Source: Cetorhinus maximus
Taxonomy: Eukaryota
Direction of reading: 5' to 3'
DNA length: 64,000 bases
NCBI RefSeq assembly: GCF_964194155.1
Contig: NC_135880.1
Span: forward strand, 36,208,001 to 36,272,000
Position 1 is the first letter of the stretch; each line of letters starts with the position of its first letter. This document shows positions 12,726 through 23,855 of the stretch, piece after piece. Under the pieces are notes generated by a model that worked only from the letters and a program-made list of their open reading frames with translations, did no database searches and had not been told where the DNA came from. Position numbers and translations under genes: made by a program.

Positions 12726-13296
12726 AAGCCCAACGCAAACTGGAGGAACAGCACCTCATCTTCTGACTAGGCACTTTACAGCCTTCCGGGCTGAATATTG
12801 AATTCAACAACTTTAGATCTTAAACTCCCCCTCCCCCCATCCCCACCCCGTCTCTCCCCCCTCCCTTTTTTTTCAATAATTTATATAGATTCTTCTTTTC
12901 TCACCTATTTCCATTATTTTTAAATCTAAAACTAAAACTTTGTTAGTCTTTCCACCCCACCCCCACTAGAGCTGTACCTTGAGTGTCCTGTCTTCCATTC
13001 TTAATTAGCACTTTTCTTAGACAATATCACCACCTTCAACACCTCTTTGATCCTTTTGTCTGTGACATCTTTTGATTATCTGCTCCTATCACTGCTTGCT
13101 TATCTCCACAATCACCACACCCTCCACTTCTCTCTCCCCCCCGCCCCCCCCACCTTAAACCAGCTTATATTTCACCTTTCTCCTAACTATGCTTCAGTTC
13201 TGCCGAAGGGTCGTGACGACTCGAAATGTTAACTGATTTCTTCTCCCCCGGTGCTGCCAGACCTGCTGAGTTTTTCCAGGTAATTCTGTTTTTGTT
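12726..13296 (+). mobile_element. Penelope-like element 3' fragment (GIY-YIG C-terminus, 3'UTR, hammerhead-bearing pLTR)
   Basis: EAQRKLEEQHLIF*LGTLQPSGLNIEFNNFRS* at ~12725-12823. Perfect 14-bp TSD TTGGATAGACTTGG at 12712-12725 and 13297-13310. Confidence 0.9.
13194..13236 (+). ncRNA. Minimal type I hammerhead ribozyme-like motif in Penelope pLTR
   Basis: TCAGTT-CTGCCGA-A-GGGTC(GTGAC)GACTC-GAAA-TGTT-AACTGA: 6-bp helix I, 5-6-bp helix II, near-palindromic helix III. Core is CUGCCGA (A6C variant). Activity untested. Confidence 0.7.
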
Positions 13297-13858
13297 TTGG
13301 ATAGACTTGGGTTGTTTTCGTTGGAGCAGAGAAGACTGAGGGGCGACCTGATCGAGGTGTACAAGATTATGAGGGGCATGGACAGGATGGATCGGGAGCA
13401 GCTGTTCCCCTTAGTTGAAGGGTCAGTCACAAGGGGACATAAGTTCAAGGTGAGGGGCAGGAGGTTTAGGGGGGATGTGAGGAAAAACTTTTTTACCCAG
13501 AGGGTGGTGATGGTCTGGAATGCGCTGCCTGGGAGGGTGTTGGAGGCAGGTTGCCTCACATCCTTTAAAAAGCACCTGGATGAGCACTTGGCACATTATA
13601 ATTTTCAAGGCTATGGGCCAAGTGCTGGTAAATGGGATTAGGTAGGTAGGTCAGGTTTTTCACGTGTCGGTGCAGACTCGATGGGCTGAAGGGCCTCTTC
13701 TGCACTGTGAGATTCTGTGATTCTGAAATTTTGAACATTTATCTGGATGAAAGCAGTTCATTGTTATCCCGATAAATGAATAACTTATCTGCCACATTTA
13801 ATTCACTTATTGGGCACTCGTGACTGGTTATATTTGTGGGCAATGTCAAACTACATCA

Positions 13859-13998
13859 CTGCCACCATGCCCCCAACAATCCTCCTCCCCCTGCCCAACT
13901 AATAAACTCAAAATAATTTTATCTTGTTTTCCTGTTTAATGCCACCCTCCCCCCTCCACCTCAGTTTGTCCTGTGTTGAGTGGGAGATAAACAGAAAT
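13859..13998 (+). repeat. Left arm of ~140-bp inverted repeat (partner 16112-16252)
   Basis: Manual alignment to the reverse complement of 16112-16252 shows about 8 differences. Confidence 0.9.
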
Positions 13999-14039
13999 GG
14001 TGAGGGTGACCTCACCTGAAAGCACAATGCTATATTCCA

Positions 14040-14660
14040 CATGTATGCAGACAGCACCCAACTCTGTGACCATATCCTCTCTCGACTCCTCCACTACTGT
14101 TGATTTATCACACTGTTTTTCTGACATCCAGTATTGGATGAGCAGAAATTTCCTACAAATAAATATTAGGATGATGAAGCCATTGTCTTTGATCTCTGCC
14201 ACAAGCTGTGTTCTCCAGCTGCTATCTCTACCCTACTTCGTGGCCTTTGTCTGAGACTGAACTGGACTGTTCGCAATCTTGGTTTGATCCTGAGCTGAGT
14301 TTCTGGCCCACGTGTGCTGTCTTAAGACCAACTATTTCCACCTCTGTAATATTGCCCATATCCGTCCCTGTTCAAGCTCATTTGTTGAAATCCTCATCCA
14401 GGCCTTTATCTCCAGACTCGACTGTTCTGACGCCCTCCTGGCCAACCTCCCACCTTTCACCCTCCATAAACTGGAGCTCATCTGAAACTGTGTAGCCTGT
14501 ATCCTAACTTGCCTGTATCCTGTCTGCTCATGACCCCTGTATTTATCTCTGCTAAATTTGCCCTCAGTTCGGCAATGCGACAGTTTTAAAATTCTCATTA
14601 TTGTCTTCAAATCTCTCCATGGTGTCGTCATGCTCTGACTCTGCCTCTTCCAGCTCTATA
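14040..14660 (+). mobile_element. L2-clade LINE RT fragment, degenerate
   Basis: LSHCFSDIQYWMSRNFLQIN, RNLG..FDPELSF, LIQAFISRLDCS, FKILIIVFKSLHG are typical L2 RT/C-terminal motifs. Confidence 0.75.
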
Positions 14661-15349
14661 ATCTCCATTGGGAAGTTAAGTAACTGCTGTGGTAGGTTAT
14701 GCAATGCATAGAATTAGGAGTGAAGAAAGCTTTCAGAAAATGGCTTCCCTCTTTAATGGTCGTTTCTCTGTACATTTAATCAAAAGTGAAAAGAATTTGT
14801 TTATTAATATACCTTACAATATAAGTCATTACAGTATCAAAACGTACTCATGCAGATTGTTAACTCATTGCTATAAACTATTTGCTTCCTGGACTTTGTC
14901 ATTTGGCATATTCTTCATGACCTCTACAAAATTTGAATTAATAACTGTTCTGTGCAAGTTGGTTAGAACAATGCTGATATGTACTCTGCTTTCTAGCTGC
15001 TGCATCAGTGTTGTTTCTAGGAAATGCAAGACTTAAGGAAAAACCCAATTAATAACCTTTTTAAAAAATTGATAGTGTGCTAAGTATCTTCATTCATGTT
15101 CAACATGACTCACCAGGGCTAGTCGGTTCATTATGGAAAGCCTAAATGAAATTGTTTTGATTTGTTGCATCATGTAAACGGTTCCCACTGCTTGGCAATG
15201 TGTGTCTAATTGCATGATGAGTATCTTGAGAGGAGAATGTAGCGGAACTTGATCAAATTTTAATTTTAGAAGCAAGTTGACTAGGGTTACAAAGCTAGAG
15301 TGTGGTACCTATCGGGTGGGGATTAACTGTTGAGATCTGATCCCATTGG

Positions 15350-15790
15350 AAGAACTTGCATTTCTACAGCAGCTTTCATAACCTCTGATCATTCCAAATA
15401 GCTTTATAGCCAATTAAATACTTCTGAAGTGTAGTCATTGTTGTAATGTAAGGTAGCACAGCATCCAATTTGTGTACAGCAAGGAGCAAACTGCAAAGCC
15501 ATAAATAGTCATAATCTATTTTAATGATGTTTACAGTGATAAGTGTTGGTCAGAACCCTGGGAGAACTTCACTGCTCTTCTTCAAAAAGTGCAAAGAGAT
15601 CTCCTGACGTGGCTGACAGGATCTTAGTTTGACGTCGGAAAGATTTCAACTCCAACAGCATGGCATTCCCCTTAGTACTAGACTGAACTATCAACCTGGT
15701 TTGTGTGCACAAGACTTTAGGGTGGGGCTTGAACTTGATTCTTCTGACTTTGCTGCAAGTACGAGCACTGAGCCAGGATTGACACCTTGA
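15350..15790 (-). mobile_element. Deu-domain tRNA-derived SINE (SacSINE1/AmnSINE-like), old
   Basis: Reverse complement aligns to 46035-46465 (B-box GTTCAAGCCCC, ..TGACTACACTTCAGAAGTATTTAATTGGCT..). Confidence 0.7.
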
Positions 15791-16111
15791 GCAGTTTACT
15801 TTGTTGAAGATTGTGAGAGAGAACTGGAGTTGAAATTTTCAATGTCCAATATGTGAATTTGCATGAAGCATTTGGTATATTAAGATCTGCAATCAATATG
15901 ACCCTTGAAAGACGCATTCAACTCATATAAAAGATGTCAAAAGCAGTTTACATCTCTATACACCTCTACATGGGAGCCTTTCCTTGCTGATAGTGAGTGC
16001 TTACTCTCTGAGATGCTTTGACAATGTAGTGGAGAGAAAGTAAAGGGGAGATTTAATTTCAGAAGCCGACCTCGTGGTGACTGGTCAAGTTAATCCTGTA
16101 AGCTACTGGTT

Positions 16112-16252
16112 ATTTCTGTTTATCTCCCACTCAACACGGGACAAACTGAGTTGTGGGGGGTAGGGGTGGCATTAAACAGGAAAACAAGATAAAATTATTT
16201 TGAGTTTATTGGTTGGGCAGGGGGAGGAGGATTGTTGGGGGCACAGTGGCAG
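16112..16252 (-). repeat. Right arm of ~140-bp inverted repeat (partner 13859-13998)
   Basis: Reverse complement matches 13859-13998 with about 8 differences by manual alignment. Confidence 0.9.
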
Positions 16253-17971
16253 AAGGTGTTACAGGTGATGTTTCCAGTGCAATGCTATAATTCTGAAATT
16301 TCTCAAGATTTGGTTATGGAAACCTTTTTGGCTGTTAATCTAATATATAGCAGCCCTGATTTAGACTTCACAGCAAGCTGATTTACTGTGTTTCTTTGCT
16401 TACTGTTTTTTGGTTTTAAATTCAAATGACTGCCTTCCATCTAGTCTTTCTACCAGTGCAATGAATGCTAAAATTCCACAGTATATCAGTTGATTTGCAT
16501 TAGTATAGTTTCATTGTCAATCATATTCTTGTAGTACTGAAGTATGCCATTCTGCCATCATGCATGTGCTAGCTCCTTGAAAGAGTTAGCCATTAGTCCC
16601 GCTTTCCTGCTTTTTCCCTGAGAGCCCTGCAAATGTTTCTTTTGCTCTTAAATATCCAATTCCATTTTGAAAGTTACTACTGTACTGAATCTGTGTCCAC
16701 CATCCTTTCAGACAATGCATTTCACAGTTTTTAGACCAGGAAATTATAATTATCTCACCTCTGGTTCTTTTGTTAATTGTCTTAAATCTTATGTCCCGGT
16801 TACCAATCCACCTGCGTAAGAATCTTGGAAAATCCCTACATCGTATTTTCTTGTAATTAACAAAAACTAATTTATAAACAATGGCTGTACTTTTCTTTAA
16901 TTTAATTAATCTTATATTGAACTATTTAGGCCTTCATTGACTTAATGGTGAAAGAGTAAACTTCGGCAGAAAATCTAGCAGAGCATTAAAAACGGGCAGC
17001 TTGCTATGCGGGAACTAGGAGGTAAACACTTTAGCAACATCTCAATAGCTCAGATGTGTGTTTGAGCCAAGGCAAAATAACTGGGTGCCTAGGCCACCAC
17101 ATTTCCCTTGGTTTGGCCAGGCACCAGCATTAGAATGTTCACAAGCTGATAGATCTCGGAGTGTGGGAAGCCCAGAGATCTTGAGAATTTGACCTGGCTT
17201 GAGCAGCCATATGATCCAATGACCAATTTTGTAATTGGGCTGTTCAAATAATAGTGAGGTAATGATTTGGTTAAATCCCTCCCCATAGGCTTCATTGTGT
17301 AAAGAAAGCATAAGAAGAAATCCCCGAGCACAGAGATTGTGGAGGTTTTACAAGCTGCCTTGACTGATGTGACGGTACCTGAGGCATGGCCAGAGAGTAG
17401 TTACATGGAGATCATGCTTCCATTCGGGTTGTAGTTTTAATACGATTGCACTTTGATTCTACTGTTCAGACATTGGCAAATGTTAAGTCTTTCTTATAGT
17501 GAATAGAATATAACCACAGTCACCAATAAGGGTTATCACTTCAAATCATTTCAGAACTTGTGAATAAAGGGTTAAAAGGTTAATTGATTCAACCTCTCAT
17601 AAATTTGAATACTTCCTAATTAAATTTTCCCTTAACCTTCTCTGTTCTAATGAGAAATCCCAGTTTCTCTAATCTCCCAGCCTTTCAATGTATGTCTTTT
17701 TAGTTCTAAATATACACAACTACACTACCGCCAAGTGATAACTTCACAGAATTGTCACAGAAGTTTTCTGCCATAAACAAACACAATCGTTTTTGTGCAG
17801 TTTGTCTAAGATGAATAAAGTGTTCAACAGCTCTTATGAAATATAACTAGAATGAGGCTTAAATTATTCATTGCTTTTTGGTTCACATGTCAGAGTTCCA
17901 CTATGTGCATTAAAGGTGTCAATACTGTGTCTTCAATATTAAGAAGCATGCTGAAGTTTGAACCACAGTTT

Positions 17972-18885
17972 ATCACAGAATTTTATCAGTGCAGAAAGAG
18001 GCCATTCAGCCCATCGTGTCTGCACCAGCTCTCCGAATGAGCATTTCACCAAGTGCCATTCTCCTGCCTTCTCCCTGTAACCCTGTGCATTGTTTCTTTT
18101 CAAATAATTATCTGATTTCCTCTTGAATGCCTCAACTGAACCTGCCTCCACCACACTCTCAGCTAGTGCATTCCACGCTCTCACCACGTGATGTGTAAAA
18201 TATCGCTTTTGCTGCTTTTCCCTGCTTTTCCCAATTATTTTAAATCTGTGCCCCCTCATTCTCGATCCTTTCATGAGTGGGAACAGTTTCCTCCTGTCTA
18301 TTCTGTCCAGACCCCTCATGATTTTGAATATTTCTTCTATCGAAGCTCCTCTTAGCCTTTTCTCCAAGGAAAAGAGACCCAAATCCTGCAGTCTATCTTC
18401 ATAACTGATGTTTCTCATCCTTGGAGTCATTCTCGTAAACCTCTTCTGCCATCTCTCCAATGTCCTCACATCCTTCCTAAAATGTGGTGCCCAGAACTGT
18501 AGGCAGTACTCCAGCTGAGGTCTAACTAGTGTCTTACACAAGTTCAGCATAACCTTGCTCTTGTACTCTATGTCCCTATTTATAAAACCTAAGATACTAT
18601 ATGCTTTAACTGCTCTCCCAACATGTCCTGCCAACCTTAATGACTTATACACATACACTCGGGGCCCTCTGTTCCTGCACCTCGTTTAGAGTAGCACCCT
18701 TTATTTTATACTGTCTCTCCATGTTCTTCCTACAAAAATGTATCACCTCATTTCTCCGCATTGCACTTCACCTGCCACCTATCTGCCCATTCCACCAACT
18801 TGTCTATATCTTTTTGAAGTTCTACACTGTCGTCCTCACAGTTTACAATGCTTCCAAATTTTGTATCAACTGCAAATTTTGAAGT
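17972..18885 (-). mobile_element. CR1 LINE 3' portion
   Basis: ORF 17939-18658: LCKTLVRPQLEYCLQFWAPHFRKD..VVRAWNALAESVVEA, the CR1 ORF2 C-terminus. Confidence 0.95.
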
Positions 18886-21637
18886 TTTCCTAGATTTGCT
18901 TCAGTTCCAATCATTTGTAGTTGAGTTCCAATTCCCTAAATCTTTGAGGGGGTCAGTCCTTGCCTTGAAATATTAATAGTTTGGTAATGTCTGGAAAACC
19001 TAACAGTTAACCCTATTTTGTAATTCATTATGCATGGGACTATTTTGTACCTCTTGGTTTACAGGTGACATAGCATAATAGTGGATGCTGTTTCTAAAGT
19101 TTAAAATATGAAATAAATTTATTACGTTAATGAATAATTGAATAATCTAGTGATATAATTAAATATTTGCAATCGACAGTCTTTTATCTAACTCAAGTAG
19201 GCAAAATAAAATTGCAGCTTTACAATGTATGTTTGATGTCTGTGCAAAGCTGAAATCAGTTGACAATGAATTCTTAGTTTGGAGTCCTTTTAGTTCAATC
19301 TCTTGTGGGTGCAAGTTCCTGACATACAATAGACAATTTGCAATGAGATTGCAACTCGGATGGTGCAAGTTGGTTGGTTTGGAAGTCTCAGAAATGTGTA
19401 ATGTTGAAAAGAAAAGGGATTTCATTCCTCTGGAGGTGATATTGAAGCTCAGTGGATCTCGTGAGAATTTATACAAGGTCATTTCATTAAATCAGATCTA
19501 ACTTTCAGTACTGAATGCAGGAAAAATTCTCAATTTAAAAAAAAAAAAATGTTATGCCTGTAAAGTTTAAAAACAATAAGTAATAACTTGCAGAATCTTT
19601 TTAGGTGGTTTTTGGATCAACGAAACTACACTTCAGAGTTCAAATATGTTACGGTTTGTATTCACTTCAGAAGAAGGCTACGAAAGGCTTGCAATTATAT
19701 AATACCTTGCCATTATTGCTAAGAAGTGCCTAAAACATTTCAAGGATTAGTTACTACTTGGAGAGCAGTGTCTACTGTTATATAGGTCAATACTGCAGCC
19801 ATTTTGGGCAGAGTAAGAGTTCACAAACGGCAGTAAGATAAATTGGTTGATCTAGCTTTAGAGTTTTCTTACATTACTACAATGACTGCACTTCAAAAAG
19901 TGCTTAATTGACTGTAAAGTGCTTTTGAGGTGTTTGGTGGTTGTGAAAAGTGCTATATAAATGCAAGTCCTTTTTATATATTTTTGTTCGTGGTAGTTGA
20001 GGAAGAAATATTAGCCAAGACACCAAAAGAGTCTTCTGCAACAGGTGCTATTTCATCTTTAACATCCATTAGGAACTACCAGAACAAGCAAATTGGCCTG
20101 AATTAAATATCTCAGTTGAAGATGAGCACTTCCAACAGTGCAGCACTGTTGCACTGGATTATCAGCCTAGATATATCCAATTACTGTCGATTTGCAACCC
20201 TTTGGCCACGTGATTCAGAAGTCAAGATGTTACCAACTGTGTCAACGGAACACCAGTTTTCATAAATCGTTTTATAATTGAGTAAAAATCTTGTTGAAAT
20301 ACTTCAGTTTTATAAGGTTTTGAAACACACTGTCTCCCATAGAAAATAGTAGAATTTTTTTTCTTCTGATGCAGAATATTCTTCCCCTTTCTTCCAGAAG
20401 GTGCACTTAATAGTTGCTAGTGCAAATCTTAATGCATTACTGCATGCCTGGTCTAAAGCCAAAGCGTCACATTTCAGATTGTTTGATTAATTATATTACA
20501 ACATTTCCAATGAAAGCAGCTTATTTTGTGGGGACTGAACAGTGACATGTCTGACACATACATGGATTGGAAGCTTCAGTGTATACACTAATAAAACAAA
20601 CTTTTGAATCTAGAATATTGCAGCACAGGTGGAAATGATCTAAAACAGTGTGAACAATTGTTGGTTGTTTATTTTAATGCTCTACCTAGCGATGTAGTTT
20701 GAACTACACTATATTTCCTGCAGAGTTGACTTTGAACAGTAGTAACACATTAAACACAAACTTTTAGGTCACATGAAACATTTTGCACTTAATGCAAATA
20801 ATTCAGCTTTATCTGATGGTAAATTTATAAAGTTGCACCAATTTAGCTTTGCTGTTGAGCCTCAGTATTTGAGACAGCCAGCAGCATTTTTTTTTGAAGA
20901 ATAGCTTAACGAAATATTAGTCATGAAAACAGCTTTCACATGTAAATGTTGTAAAATGTCAGAACTGCTGATCTCCTATTGAGCGCCTGCTTTAGAAATG
21001 TCAGTCTGGATTTTAGACACAAGCGCATTCTGTTGGAGGAAATGGGGGTTTGCTGTTGTGTGGTTGGTTTGGGCGAGAAGGCCTCGGTCCTGTGAAGCAG
21101 GCTTCAAGAGCAGGTATGTGTATTAGGGGAGTAAGAGATCGTGGTGGCGGGGGGTGGGGGAGGATCCTAGTTGCAGTAAGATGGTCAGAGTAGGGGAAGG
21201 GGGGGAAGAAGCAGACAAATTCCTGTGGCATTGGAGGTGGGTGGTTTACTGGGTAGCTTGGCCCTTGGAAGAAGCACTTTTTGTTTTTTTTTTCCCCTCC
21301 TGACCCACAAGCAATGCTGCAGAGGCATTTACCTCATTGATTGAAACCTCCTTGCCTCCATTTAAGCTGCTGAGTTTCCCAAGGCCTGGGAAACCTGGCT
21401 GCCTGTGGTTAAAATGGAATGGCTGTCAAAATGAAGGCACCCAGCCTCATTATGATAGTTAAATTATATAATATCCCCATCCCACCACCTTTTTAAAACT
21501 GGCAATAGATGAGTTCAGTTCCGATTCTAGGGCTTTTAATTAAAATTTTAATCTTTGATATGATCCCAACCTACCTATTTTTTGGAGTAGAGATTTAGCA
21601 CTTGTTGAGGGGAGGACACTAGTAGTAAATAGTTTTC

Positions 21638-22195
21638 ATTGAAAAGAGATACGTTACCGAAGCTTTTCACCTTTTACTCACCAGGACAGACACACAAATG
21701 TCAAATTTCAAACGTTCACAACAATTTATACTACAGGAGAAGAGTGCTGATTGCTTGGCAAGTCAACTCTGGCCAAGATGTTGCCATGGAGAAAGCAATG
21801 GAACAGCATGCTCCTTCAGTTGTTCACAATAAGCACTTGCAAAACCGAAAACCAAACGTCCACTTTTAAATGTGATTCTGAGATTGGGAGGCACTTGCTG
21901 AATAATCCTGAGTGCGCTAACAGTTACACCAAAAAAACAATTTAAGATAATCAGTCAAGCTCATAACGTGACTAATTTATGTTTGCTAGAAGTGACATAC
22001 ATTCACATGCAGGGACCCATTCTCTTCAAGCAAAAGGAATATGTTAACACTTTGCACTGTTTGTGAATTATCCCAGAGCTTGGGGAGCCTATATTTTCTC
22101 ATTGTTTTCCCTATGGCAATGCCTCGGCCAATCAGAGTCAATTTGCCAACAATCAGCACCTCTGCCTCCTTTAGTATAAGTTGTTGTGATTGTCC
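21638..22195 (+). mobile_element. Second Penelope-like family: inverted pLTR + endonuclease C-terminus + pLTR
   Basis: CDSEIGRHLLNNPECANSYT..FKIISQAHNVTNLCLLEVTYIHMQGPILFKQKEYV resembles a PLE GIY-YIG tail. ~21715-21805 is an imperfect inverted copy of ~22095-22190. Decayed hammerhead-like CTGGTGA..GAAAAGCTTC on the minus strand at ~21655-21688. Confidence 0.7.
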
Positions 22196-23106
22196 CTGGT
22201 CCCAGCTTCAATCCTTGGTCTAAGCTGATCTAGCTGAGGTCAGCTTACTGGAAGTGGAGTCTACTGTTGACAGGTAGAGATGGGGAAAAATCAACAAAGG
22301 TAACTAGTCCTGATTACTTTCAAACTTATATTCTGAAAATTGGTTACACTAAATGTTAGTGCAAAAATGCAATTATTGCAGTACAGCAAGTTTACAGATG
22401 CTCATGTGTTTTTGGAAAAGTAGCATTAAGATAATTTGCAATGGAAAGGAGTATTCTATTAGAGATAGTGAGATGAAAGATCACCTAGATATTGAAAAAA
22501 TCATTATGAAATGGTTAGTTTAATCTGGAGCAACAGTGTAGTATAATATTGACTTCCATAATGATGGAAGCAAACTAGTACTTTGAATAGAAACTGCTGA
22601 CATAATTGAAGCTCCAGGATGATAAGTCCATCACTAGTTCTTCTTTGTAGATTCTCTGCACAATTGGTGTTGGTAGACTAGAATATCTAGGAGGCTGCTG
22701 GGATACGAGCTTCCCTGTGTGGGGTTTCTGGCAGGTCGAAGACAGGTACCTGTTGTCAAATCAATGAGGAAACCAAAATTTGGAGGGTTGTAGGAAAGTG
22801 TTACCTGAAAGCAATGTATGAGCTATAGACTTTTATATGCACTGAGATGGAGTTAGAGACAAATTGCTGCTGCTGTTAAAGCTCTGTTCCTCCAATGACT
22901 GACTGTACCTCCAATGAGTAAAATCTGCTTTCTGTGGGATATAATACATCGATGCCCTGATGAGTTGTGCTGCTCAGCAATTGCCTGAGAGATGCTGGTA
23001 CCTTTTTATATTTATTCATGGGATGTGGGTGTTGCTGGCTAGGCCAGCATTTGTTGCCCATCCCTAATTGCCCTTGAGAAGGTGGTGGTAAGCTGCCTTT
23101 CATATC

Positions 23107-23855
23107 AGCATAGGAAATAGGAGCAGACGTAGGCCATTCGGCCTGTTGAGCTTGTTCAGCCATTCATTAAGATCATAGCTGATCTATTTGTTTCAAATTC
23201 CACATTCTTATCTACCACTGATAACTTTGATTCCTTTGCCTAACAAGAATCTAATCTACTTCCGCCTTAAAAAAATATTCAATGACTCTGGCTCCGCCTC
23301 CACAGCCTTCGGAGGCAGAGTTCCAAAGTCGCACAACCCTCAGAAATAATTTCTCCTCCTCCTCTGTTCTAAAACGTCAACCCTTAATTTTAAAATGGTG
23401 TCCCCTAGTTCTGGACTCACTAACAAGAGAAAACGTCCTTTGCACATCCACCTTGTCAATACCATTCAGGATCTTGTACTTAGCTAAGTCACCCCTCACT
23501 CTTCTAAACTCCAGTGGAAACAAGGCCAGTCTGTCTAATCTTTCTTCATAAGGCAACCTGCTCATTCCAGGTATCAATCTAGTAAATCTGCTCCAAGCCA
23601 CCTCCAATGCATTTACGTTCTTCCTTAAATAAGAGATCAAAACTGCATTCAGTATTTGAGATGCGGCCTTGCCAATGTCCTGTATAAATGAAGCATAACA
23701 TCCTTACTTTTATGTTCAATTCCTCTCCTAATAAAGGATAGTATTCCATTAGCCTTTTTAATTACTTGCTGTACCTGCATACTAACTTTTTGTGACTCCT
23801 GCATGAGAACACCTAGATCCCTCTGTAGCTCAAGTTCTGCAGCTGTTCTCCATTT
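23107..23855 (-). mobile_element. CR1 LINE 3' portion
   Basis: QRDLGVLMQESQKVSMQVQQVIKKANGIL..YEERLDRLALFPLEFRRVRGDL. Confidence 0.9.

Larger units (their letters stand above)
12468..13725 (+). mobile_element. Young CR1 LINE 3' end split by a Penelope insertion
   Basis: LVRSQLEYCVQFWSPHYRKD..YEERLDRLG / LFSLEQRRLRGDLIEVYKIM..FFTQRVVMVWNALP; ends in GATTCTGT repeats. Same subfamily as 29745-30092 and 51352-52220. Confidence 0.95.

Noticed and set aside
17939-18658. Longest ORF (239 aa) as a host gene
   Set aside because: CR1 ORF2 C-terminus of a 5'-truncated copy.
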